From Nitrospira sp. (GTDB taxonomy: Bacteria; Nitrospirota; Nitrospiria; Nitrospirales; Nitrospiraceae), in assembly GCA_047150005.1 (NCBI GenBank), contig AP038806.1, positions 3,328,001 through 3,392,000 of the forward strand: a stretch of 64,000 nucleotides of DNA, written 5' to 3'. This document shows positions 9,283 to 16,891 of this stretch, in pieces. The position numbers and the translations under genes were made by a program. The notes beneath the pieces are model-generated. The model was not told where the DNA came from. It saw nothing but the letters and a program-made list of their open reading frames with translations, and made no database searches. Position 1 is the first letter of the stretch. Every line of letters begins with the position of its first letter.

Positions 9283-10364
9283 CCATCGACATCAGCAAGA
9301 CCTTTCCGGGCCGCGCGACGATCTGTGCACGGATCCGGTATCCGGTCGAGGCGTCCACGGTGTTGATTCTGTTCGGTCCCTCCGGATCCGGCAAGACCAC
9401 GGTTCTCCGATCGGTCGCGGGACTTGAATGTCCGGAGCAGGGGACGATCCGCTTCATCTCGCGGATATGGCTGGATACGGCGGCTCGGGTCAACGTCCCC
9501 CCGCAAGCTCGCCGGATCGGGTACATGGCCCAGGAATACGCGCTGTTTCCCACCTATACGGTCGCGGGCAATATCGCGTACGGGTTGGGACACCTCAGCG
9601 TGCCGGATCGAAAGCGGCGGGTGAACGAGGTCCTGGAGCTGCTTCAACTGCGCGGCCTGGAATCGGCCAAGCCGCGTGAGCTTTCCGGCGGGCAACAGCA
9701 GCGGGTCGCCCTCGCGCGAGCGGTCGCGCCCAGACCTCAGTTGCTGTTGCTCGACGAACCGCTGTCGGCGCTGGATGCGCCGACGAGGATCCGGCTTCGC
9801 GGGGAGCTCAGAAGCCTCTTGAAGCAGCTGGCGTTGCCGTCGATCATCGTGACGCATGACCGCGAGGAAGCATTGGCGTTGGGCGACGTGATGGCGGCGA
9901 TGGGCGAGGGGGCGGTGCTGCAAGTCGGCACGCCGGAGGACGTCTTCAGCCGGCCGGCGAATGCGGAGGTCGCCAAAATCGTCGGCGTGGAAACGGTGGT
10001 GCACGGAAAGGTTCTGCAAACAACCGATAGTCTGGCCACCATCAAGGTGGGCGAGCAGACGCTGACGGCCCTCGGCGGTGCCGACGCAGGCTCCGACGTA
10101 TTCGTGTGCATCCGTGCGGAGGATGTGGTGCTTGAGAAGGTGGACTCTGCGGCGACGAGCGCGCGCAATCACATGAAGGGAACCGTGCGCGACATCGCTC
10201 CGGCAGGACCATTGGTCAAGGTGAACGTGGATTGCGGATTTCTCCTGGGTGTGTTGGTCACGAGGCCCGCCCTGGAAGAACTGGGGCTCGAGCCGGGCTC
10301 CCCGGTGCGGGCAGCGATCAAGGCCGGGTCTGTCCATGTCGTGCCGCGTCGGGATGGAGACTGA
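9267..10364 (+). CDS. modC: Molybdate ABC transporter ATP-binding protein with C-terminal TOBE domains
   Basis: GPSGSGKT, LSGGQQQR, LLLLDEP, SARN TOBE motif. Confidence 0.92.
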   Translation: MAAEIAIDISKTFPGRATICARIRYPVEASTVLILFGPSGSGKTTVLRSVAGLECPEQGTIRFISRIWLDTAARVNVPPQARRIGYMAQEYALFPTYTVAGNIAYGLGHLSVPDRKRRVNEVLELLQLRGLESAKPRELSGGQQQRVALARAVAPRPQLLLLDEPLSALDAPTRIRLRGELRSLLKQLALPSIIVTHDREEALALGDVMAAMGEGAVLQVGTPEDVFSRPANAEVAKIVGVETVVHGKVLQTTDSLATIKVGEQTLTALGGADAGSDVFVCIRAEDVVLEKVDSAATSARNHMKGTVRDIAPAGPLVKVNVDCGFLLGVLVTRPALEELGLEPGSPVRAAIKAGSVHVVPRRDGD

Positions 10365-10493
10365 ACCGAGTGGTTGCCGCCCATGTTTACTCGGCTCCGA
10401 CGCCGAGTAAGCGGTCAATTGCCATGCCGATAACCTGCAAAACCAGGTAGTCTTACCAGCTGAAGCACTCCGGCCGACCTCCTCCCCAGCTTC

Positions 10494-10731
10494 TGTGGAT
10501 AACCCTGTGTGTAACGATTGAATCCGAGAAAGAAGTCGTGCATTCCGCTGCTCTGCCTATCTGTTTGCCTATTTTTTGGGCATAGGTTTATAGGGGCGGC
10601 AACCCACCATATCTTGTGGGTATTCTTATAAAAAGCGCATAAATGGTAATGCGCTGATTAGGAGCGGTGTTTTGACGTGACGCTTGCGTATCAGCTTGCC
10701 AGGCGCAGAGTTTCATTGAAAGTTATTCACA
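10494..10731. promoter_or_regulatory. Cluster of DnaA boxes with NrdR-like and Fis-like palindromes
   Basis: TGTGGATAA 10494-10502, TGTGTGTAA 10506-10514, TGCCTA-T5-TGGGCA 10566-10582, CCACCATATCTTGTGG 10604-10619, TTATTCACA 10723-10731. Confidence 0.55.
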
Positions 10732-10789
10732 GAGCCTCTGCCAAAAGGGGCTTTCCATCACCATTATAAAGAACGACTGAAATTGAGGC

Positions 10790-10828
10790 TTGACAGGTGC
10801 CGGCCTAGTATGTAACCATCGGTTACAT
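10790..10828 (+). promoter_or_regulatory. Promoter and perfect palindromic operator of the LexA-like gene
   Basis: TTGACA 10790-10795; ATGTAACC-ATC-GGTTACAT 10810-10828 covers the expected -10/+1 and ends 1 nt before ATG 10830. Confidence 0.7.
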
Positions 10829-10829
10829 C

Positions 10830-11375
10830 ATGAAGCCGACCGAGCTGAAACGCATCCGGGAACAACTGGGGCTCACGCAGCAGCAGCTGGCCGACGCGTT
10901 GCAGACGACACGGGTTTCGGTCGCGCGATATGAAGCGGGCATGCGCCGCATCCCCGGTATGGTGAAGGTTGCGATCGAACGACTGAATCGCTTCTCGGAA
11001 ATTCCAATGGTCGGGACGGTTGCCGCGGGATTGCCGATCGAGCCGGTGCCTCAATCAGAGTTGATTGAAGTGCCGTTGAGCATGTTGCGGGGAAGCGATA
11101 CCTTCGCATTGCGCGTCAAGGGAGAGTCGATGAAGGATGACGGTATTCTCCCGGGCGATATCGTCGTCGTGCACAAACAGGAAACGGCGCAAAATGGACA
11201 AACCGTGGTGGCGCTGGTCAACCATGAGGCCACGATCAAAACATATTATAAAAAAGACACGCACATCGAGTTGCATCCGGCCAATGCCGCCATGCAGCCG
11301 ATCCTCGTGCAGCCGTCGGACGCGTTTCATATCGAAGGTGTGGTGATCGGCGTCATTCGACATTGTGCGATGTAG
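10830..11375 (+). CDS. LexA-like S24 autocleaving repressor with an XRE-type HTH
   Basis: LKRIREQLGLTQQQLADALQTTRVSVARYE (XRE); VAAG cleavage site, GESM catalytic Ser, ATIK catalytic Lys. Confidence 0.88.
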   Translation: MKPTELKRIREQLGLTQQQLADALQTTRVSVARYEAGMRRIPGMVKVAIERLNRFSEIPMVGTVAAGLPIEPVPQSELIEVPLSMLRGSDTFALRVKGESMKDDGILPGDIVVVHKQETAQNGQTVVALVNHEATIKTYYKKDTHIELHPANAAMQPILVQPSDAFHIEGVVIGVIRHCAM

Positions 11376-11395
11376 GCACGTGAGCAAGGAGGACT

Positions 11396-11653
11396 GTGAT
11401 GATGGAACGAGCCGTGACGACCAAAGACCGGTTGATGCATCTGGAGCGAACTGTGAGCGTGCTCAACGGGCGTCTTCTGGACTTGCAATGGGAGTTGCAG
11501 CGGACAAAAGCCTACTCCCTTTCCTTGACGGAACGCATCTGGCGCAATCTCGTCGGCGTTCGTCAGGAGAGCCGATTCATGTCGACGGTCTGCAGCAGAC
11601 GGATACGTCCGAACATGAGGGTCGAAGACTATGCCGAGACAATCGGACACTGA
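11396..11653 (+). CDS. Hypothetical small coiled-coil protein
   Basis: AGGAGG RBS; heptad-like LMHLERTVSVLNGRLLDLQWELQR. Confidence 0.65.
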   Translation: MMMERAVTTKDRLMHLERTVSVLNGRLLDLQWELQRTKAYSLSLTERIWRNLVGVRQESRFMSTVCSRRIRPNMRVEDYAETIGH

Positions 11654-11810
11654 CACTCAGGCGGTGGGGCGCTGTGCCGACTGTGGGGCGAGAAGCGCCC
11701 AGCGGGTGGAATATGTGGATGTGCTCACCCAAACCAAACTCGAACTGTGCGAAGTCTGTTGGCATGCCTGGCGACAGCGACAGAATTTTTCCGGCGGATG
11801 CTGTGGGTAA
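11631..11810 (+). CDS. 59-aa Cys-rich putative Zn-finger protein (missing from the ORF track)
   Basis: MPRQSDTDTQAVGRCADCGARSAQRVEYVDVLTQTKLELCEVCWHAWRQRQNFSGGCCG; fills the gap to the next gene's RBS. Confidence 0.7.
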   Translation: MPRQSDTDTQAVGRCADCGARSAQRVEYVDVLTQTKLELCEVCWHAWRQRQNFSGGCCG

Positions 11811-11824
11811 CGGAGAGGTGTGAT

Positions 11825-12547
11825 ATGCGTGCGACCGCGGAATCGACAACCCTGCCCCTTCTCGATCGGCGAAGCGACGAGTGTGTGCCGGAGACGACAG
11901 GCAACGCGTCAGGTGACTGGTCCCTTGCGCTGCGGTATGCCCAGGTGCCGTTTTATCTCAACGACAAACTGCTTCTGCTCTACGGACATAGGCTGGTGTT
12001 TCGGTTGGGCCTCCATATCGCGACGGAGCGGGTCTTGGCCGGAGAGCCGGTTCTGTATGTCGATGGAGCCAATACGTTCGATCCGTTTGCCGTCGCTCGA
12101 TTGGCCCGTGCCGGGCGCCGCCGGCCTCATCAGGTTCTGGCCATGATCCATGTGGCCAGGGCGTTCAGTTCCCATCAGGTGGACCGATTGGTATCGGATT
12201 GTCTCGCCGCTGCGCTCGATCGGTATCAAGCCCGCATCGCCATGTTGGCCGGACTTTTTGAGACCTTCTATGAGCAGACAGTTTCCGATCAGGACGCCGC
12301 ACGGTTGTTCGGTCGCATGATGAACGCCCTCAACCGATTGACGCAGCAGGGCTACACGATCGTGTGTCTTTGTCCCGCCGCTCCGATACTCACGCACGCC
12401 GGCCGGCAACGTTTCGACCAGTTACGCGTCCGCGCCGACCGCGTTCTTTGCGTGCAGGAGGAACAAGGCGTCGTGCGGCTTCAAGACAACGGGCTGAACG
12501 ACGGCCGATCATGGGAGATTCCCTGCACCCTGCTCACGGAACGCTGA
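11825..12547 (+). CDS. Inactivated RecA/RadA-superfamily protein (iRad/ImuA-like)
   Basis: VLYVDGANTFDP and IHVARAFSSHQ match Rad51/RadA core motifs; Walker A is degenerate (LYGHRLVF); GGAGAGG RBS. Confidence 0.75.
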   Translation: MRATAESTTLPLLDRRSDECVPETTGNASGDWSLALRYAQVPFYLNDKLLLLYGHRLVFRLGLHIATERVLAGEPVLYVDGANTFDPFAVARLARAGRRRPHQVLAMIHVARAFSSHQVDRLVSDCLAAALDRYQARIAMLAGLFETFYEQTVSDQDAARLFGRMMNALNRLTQQGYTIVCLCPAAPILTHAGRQRFDQLRVRADRVLCVQEEQGVVRLQDNGLNDGRSWEIPCTLLTER

Positions 12548-12690
12548 ACGGCCTGTTGAGTGACACCGAACGTCCGTCCGTAATTCGACTACGGCTCGAA
12601 TTTCCCACGTCTAGGCCTCTGTAAGAGTGAAGATGCATGGAGTCCTCTTGGCTTGAAAATGCGGAGCCATGTCTCAGTCTGCAAAGAAGC

Positions 12691-13101
12691 TTATCTTGAG
12701 ACTCCCGCAAATGTGGAGCCGTTCCATCCGTGACAATAGCAGGGATAGCCCGCAGGTCCTCCTGACAGCGGACACGTTCCTGAATTTGTTTCACACCTGC
12801 TGGCACCATTCATTGTCGAGGAAGCATCCGTGTAGGGGTTCTTTCCACTTCCTCCAAATGCTTTGTCGACTCCTCTCGTCATGGCATCACTCAGGCTATT
12901 ACCCAGAGCCTTCCCCATGGTATTCCAGAAATCATCGCCACCGTCATTGCACGCCTTTTCCACCTCGCCTTTGTCATATCCCTGTTTGCCGAGCGCAATC
13001 CGCTGCTCAATAGTGCAGCCGCTCCAGGCGTTCGAGTCGACAAGCACCACAGTCGGGATAATGAGACTCCACAATGTGATGACCGCCATAATGCGTTTCA
13101 T
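12691..13101 (-). CDS. Secreted Cys-rich hypothetical protein
   Basis: GGAGG RBS before MKRIMAV signal peptide; C-terminal CxTxxGxC...GYPCYC..GVS. Confidence 0.7.
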   Translation of the reverse strand: MKRIMAVITLWSLIIPTVVLVDSNAWSGCTIEQRIALGKQGYDKGEVEKACNDGGDDFWNTMGKALGNSLSDAMTRGVDKAFGGSGKNPYTDASSTMNGASRCETNSGTCPLSGGPAGYPCYCHGWNGSTFAGVSR

Positions 13102-13354
13102 GGCAACCTCCTTTTTATTTCCCTTGCGTCCTGTTGACATCACATATGAGCAACTGCTGGACCAATCGCGTAGATGAATTGTTTTTAATGAGCACGAACG
13201 GGAAAGTAGCCTTATCAAAGGCTTGCTCAGTGAAGATCGATGAGAGCCAGGCGAGGCGCGGCAATGGTCGCGAATGAAGCCACGCAATCCGGGAATCGAA
13301 ATAGATTCGCCGGATCGAAATCGATCCGCCGGGAATCTAGACAAAAAAACAACA

Positions 13355-13589
13355 AAGGCATTTATCCGACGGCATCAAGTATGAAAAACCGATAAGGAGC
13401 CGTCGGCACGAGCAAGCTTGGTATTGAATGAAAAGAAACTGCTGGAGGTGTCTATCCGCGGGCATCAATACCGGATGGCTGACGCCGATGAGGCCGCGGT
13501 ACGAGCAAGATTTCTCGGAAAGTCGAAGGTTTTTATCCGACCGCGATAGTTACGATGAAGCCATGAAGAGCGGTCGGTTCAACCGAAGG
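13355..13589 (-). ncRNA. Three tandem structured repeats in the tRNA-Met 3' trailer (candidate ncRNA)
   Basis: Stems CCGACGGC/GCCGTCGG, CCGCGG/CCGCGG and CCGACCGC/GCGGTCGG with conserved flanks; a U-tract follows on the minus strand. Confidence 0.55.
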
Positions 13590-13595
13590 TTGGTA

Positions 13596-13671
13596 TGGTG
13601 GCGGTGACCCGGATCGAACGGGTGACCCGCGGCTTATGAGTCCGCTGCTCTACCAACTGAGCTACACCGCC
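13596..13671 (-). tRNA. tRNA-Met(CAT), probably elongator
   Basis: GGCGGTGTAGCTCAGTTGGTAGAGCAGCGGACTCATAAGCCGCGGGTCACCCGTTCGATCCGGGTCACCGCCACCA; 76 nt, paired G1-C72, encoded CCA. Confidence 0.95.
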
Positions 13672-13705
13672 ATATTGAGCGAGGGGAGCGAGAAACCGAA
13701 ACTTG

Positions 13706-13735
13706 TTTATACCATTCGGATAGGGATCTCGTAAA
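13706..13735 (-). promoter_or_regulatory. tRNA promoter
   Basis: Minus strand TTTACG, 18 bp spacer, TGg-TATAAA. Confidence 0.5.
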
Positions 13736-13763
13736 GGCGGATGGTGGGTCAGCTTCCTCTTGC

Positions 13764-13854
13764 GTCATGCCGGCGAAGGCGAGCATCCACTCTCAATCAA
13801 GACTGAATGCTGAGGAGAAGGCCTTGACTGGATTCCCGCTTCCGCGGGAATGAC
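13764..13854. repeat. REP-like palindromic doublet (GTCATTCCCGCG..GCGGGAATCCA family)
   Basis: GTCATGCCGGCGAAGGCGAGCATCCA (13764-13789) and the inverted copy TGGATTCCCGCTTCCGCGGGAATGAC (13829-13854). Confidence 0.75.
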
Positions 13855-13921
13855 ACACTTCAGTGCTTCTGATGGCAAACTGGCCCAACACCGAAGGGCG
13901 ACGGTTACGAACAACTTTGGC

Positions 13922-14596
13922 TTACGGAATCAATCTGCTGAGAGTGGCACGGAGCCCGTCCGCGCCTGGGTTGGTCACTGTCTTGTTGGCGAGAATCTCT
14001 TCGGGATTGACCGGAGTCCCGTAATAGATCCGATTATCTTTGGAGGAGGCCGTGATGGCGAATCCCTGCAGTGCGAACCCCATGAACGCACCCTTCGACC
14101 AGGCGAATGAGATCACGTCGAGCGCGGTGGTTCCCCCTTCCCCGAACGCGCCGACTGTAAAGCCGCCGTCGACTCCCAGTCTTGCCGTGCCCTTGCCAGA
14201 GAACCGTTCGAGAGCGGCAAAAGTCTGGACGATGAGAATCAACTCCGATGAGTCCACTCCGACCTGGGGTCCGAAACTGGTCGAGCTCATCGTATAGAAC
14301 GCCGGTGGCGACCATCCTCCTTTCAGAAGATCCCGCGCCAACAGCACGCCACGACCGCCGGATCCGCCCACGACCACGGCGCCGCGCCACAATTTGGGAA
14401 CGATGAACACGGCCTTCATGCTGTCGGGTTTGAGCCGATAGCCGGCGGCAAGGCCCGGTTCAGCCAGGAACCGTTCGAACGTCGATGTCGCCTGGTCGAC
14501 CAGCTGTTGCTGCTCGGTGCTCTCCTCACCTGAGTCAAGGGCAGCGCTGTTGCCTGGCAGGCTCACACAAAGCAGCAAGGCGATCATCGCGGTCAT
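13922..14596 (-). CDS. Lipid-binding SYLF/YSC84 domain protein
   Basis: AVFIVP, GGSGGRGVLL, WSPPAFY, SFGPQVG, NRIYYG; signal peptide. Confidence 0.85.
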   Translation of the reverse strand: MTAMIALLLCVSLPGNSAALDSGEESTEQQQLVDQATSTFERFLAEPGLAAGYRLKPDSMKAVFIVPKLWRGAVVVGGSGGRGVLLARDLLKGGWSPPAFYTMSSTSFGPQVGVDSSELILIVQTFAALERFSGKGTARLGVDGGFTVGAFGEGGTTALDVISFAWSKGAFMGFALQGFAITASSKDNRIYYGTPVNPEEILANKTVTNPGADGLRATLSRLIP

Positions 14597-14832
14597 CGGG
14601 ATAGACGAGCGTTGTGTAGTCAGACCGAATCCCACGGGACACCTCCGGGCAAGCAAGAGGGGGCCAAGACTATCAAACAGCCTTCACGCTCGCAAGAGCT
14701 GGACAGGACTTCTACCCGACCATGGCGCATGAATGACCGAAGGGGGAAAAAAGAGGCTTCGTCGTGAACAACGTCGGTCAACTGTGCTAGACTGCGGGCC
14801 GCTCTGAAGGCCGATCCATTTTCGAAGGTGGC

Positions 14833-16338
14833 ATGAAGATGATGACGACATCGTTATTCCGTTCGGCGCGGGGAATCTGTTCCGGCAGCTTGGTCTTGGT
14901 CGTGCTGTTGATCGGGTCGAGCGCCTGTACGATCAACCCGGTCAGCGGATGGCCGGAGTTCACGCTGATCACCGCCGGGCAGGAAAAACAGATCGGCGCG
15001 GAGGAAGCGAAGAAGGTCGAAGATGAAATGGGACTGCTCGATGATCGGGCCTTGGCCGGTTATCTGGATCAGCTCGGACAGCGGTTGGCGAAGGAGTCGC
15101 CGCGCCAGAACCTCGACTATCACTTCTACGCCGTCGATATGATCGAGCCCAATGCCTTCGCGCTTCCCGGGGGCTATATCTACGTCTCACGCGGACTCTT
15201 GGCGCTGGTCAATTCGGAGGATGAGCTGGCTGGAGTCGTCGGACATGAGATCGGCCACGTCGCAGCCCGTCACAGTGTCCAAAAGATTTCGCGCCAAGGG
15301 CCATTTGCGCTGATCACCAACTTCGTATCCGGCGTAACGGGGTTCTTCGTACCGTTGGTCGGCAACATGGTCGGGGGAATCGGTAATTTTGCACAAAGCC
15401 TGGTGTTTTCACCCTACAGCCGGTCGCAGGAATCCGAGGCGGATAAGGTCGGACAGGAAATGGCCGCCAAGGCTGGTTGGAATCCGGAAGGTTTGGCGGC
15501 GTTCCTGAATACGCTGGGGAGAGAAGAATCATTGTTGAATGATGGACCTCGCAGGCCCAGCTTCTTCGATTCGCATCCGGCCACGCCGGATCGAGTCGAA
15601 AAAACGACCAAGTGGGCCAAAGAATTCAAGCAAGCGCCTCGCGATCCGATCACACCCACCCGCAATGCATTCCTGAAACGATTCGACGGCCTCATCGTCG
15701 GCCAGCGGGCCGCCAACGGTATCATCCAGGGCAGCACGTTCCGTCATCCGGACCTGAATTTCTTCGTCGCATTTCCGGATCAATGGCAGGTGGAAAACAC
15801 ACCGGCTCAGCTGGCGTCGGCGCCGAAAGAAGGCAACATGGGCATCCTCATTCGGGCGGTCGGAGAGGGGACCGACCCGATGGACGGCGCCCGTGCGTTG
15901 GAGAAGGCCAGCAAGTCTCCCGTGGTGGACAAGACGCGGCCGACCACGGTGAACGGCCTCCCGGCGGCCAAGGCGAAAATAGGCGATTCCAAGGTCACGG
16001 CGGATATCGCCTGGATCGCGCACGGAGGGCTCATCTATCAGGTAGTCGGCATCACGGAGACGAAGAACTATGACGCGACCCATCCCGTCTTCCGGACCGT
16101 GACCGAGAGTTTCAGACCGCTGCGACCGGAGGAACGGGCTGAGATTCGAGAAAAGCGCTTGCGTCTCGTGGAAGCACGTGCAGGCGAGAGCCTTGAGGCG
16201 CTGGTGGACAGAACAAAATCGAGATGGACGACGAAGCAAGTCGCGGTCGCCAATAATCTCAAGGAGACCGAAGTGCTGCGCGACGGGCAGCTCGTCAAGA
16301 TCACGGTGGAAGAACCGTATGTCGGAAAGCGGAAGTAG
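14833..16338 (+). CDS. M48-family Zn metalloprotease lipoprotein with C-terminal LysM-like domain
   Basis: PNAFALPGG, GHEIGH, YSRSQESEAD, FDSHP; SAC lipobox. Confidence 0.88.
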   Translation: MKMMTTSLFRSARGICSGSLVLVVLLIGSSACTINPVSGWPEFTLITAGQEKQIGAEEAKKVEDEMGLLDDRALAGYLDQLGQRLAKESPRQNLDYHFYAVDMIEPNAFALPGGYIYVSRGLLALVNSEDELAGVVGHEIGHVAARHSVQKISRQGPFALITNFVSGVTGFFVPLVGNMVGGIGNFAQSLVFSPYSRSQESEADKVGQEMAAKAGWNPEGLAAFLNTLGREESLLNDGPRRPSFFDSHPATPDRVEKTTKWAKEFKQAPRDPITPTRNAFLKRFDGLIVGQRAANGIIQGSTFRHPDLNFFVAFPDQWQVENTPAQLASAPKEGNMGILIRAVGEGTDPMDGARALEKASKSPVVDKTRPTTVNGLPAAKAKIGDSKVTADIAWIAHGGLIYQVVGITETKNYDATHPVFRTVTESFRPLRPEERAEIREKRLRLVEARAGESLEALVDRTKSRWTTKQVAVANNLKETEVLRDGQLVKITVEEPYVGKRK

Positions 16339-16353
16339 GGGAGCCTTCGGGCG

Positions 16354-16800
16354 TCAGCCGGATCCGACCTCCGAAGGCGGCTGCATCGGCGATACGAAGG
16401 TTCGCCCCATCAAGGCTTCACGGACGGCGACCGGAAGATCGGTGGCCAAGCGCGGTTTGACCACATAGCCCATCGCTCCCGCCACAAAAGACTCTTCGAC
16501 AAATTCCGGTTCTTCATGCACCGTCAGGATGACGATCTTCGCGCCCGTGTGCTCACCGGTCAGCAGCCGGGCGGCCTCCAGGCCGTTGAGGGACGGCATC
16601 GAGATATCGACGATCAGCACGTCCGGTTGCAGTTCCGCCGCCGCCTGGATCAGATCGCGGCCGTTCCCTACCGTGCCGACGATATGGAATTCGGGCTCCA
16701 GCACGCGGAGCACCATGTCCAACATGGCCGGGTTGTCGTCGGCCAGCACGATGCGAGGGGATGTCTTGCCGGGGTCAGCCGGTTGGTGAAACGAAGCCAT
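16354..16800 (-). CDS. Single-domain response regulator (receiver only)
   Basis: VLADD, VDISMP, ILTVH, YVVK; no output domain. Confidence 0.85.
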   Translation of the reverse strand: MASFHQPADPGKTSPRIVLADDNPAMLDMVLRVLEPEFHIVGTVGNGRDLIQAAAELQPDVLIVDISMPSLNGLEAARLLTGEHTGAKIVILTVHEEPEFVEESFVAGAMGYVVKPRLATDLPVAVREALMGRTFVSPMQPPSEVGSG

Positions 16801-16865
16801 CGGGGCAAACTCATTGGGTGGTCGGGACGCACCTGATGTGTACCACCGACAAGGATCGGAGGAAA

Positions 16866-16881
16866 CTGGCAAAACTGACAG
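16866..16881 (-). promoter_or_regulatory. CTGTCA-N4-TGACAG motif, copy 1 (one mismatch)
   Basis: Minus strand CTGTCAGTTTTGCCAG, 23 nt upstream of TACACAT. Confidence 0.55.
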
Positions 16882-16891
16882 GGCGGGGATT

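Noticed and set aside
10494..10760. Firm call as the chromosomal oriC
   Set aside because: Only three DnaA-like boxes, no clear AT-rich unwinding element or adjacent DnaA-trios, and no dnaA/dnaN/gidA; kept only as a finding.
13355..13589. CRISPR array, integron attC sites or type III antitoxin interpretation of the repeats
   Set aside because: The repeats are not identical; no cas, integrase or toxin gene is nearby; no GTTRRRY core ends.
10830..13671. Prophage or integrative element at tRNA-Met with a CI-like repressor
   Set aside because: No integrase, phage genes or duplicated tRNA 3' end were noticed; the C-terminal domain is LexA-like.
13764..13854. REP doublet as a novel element
   Set aside because: It matches a widespread palindromic repeat family; listed as a feature only.
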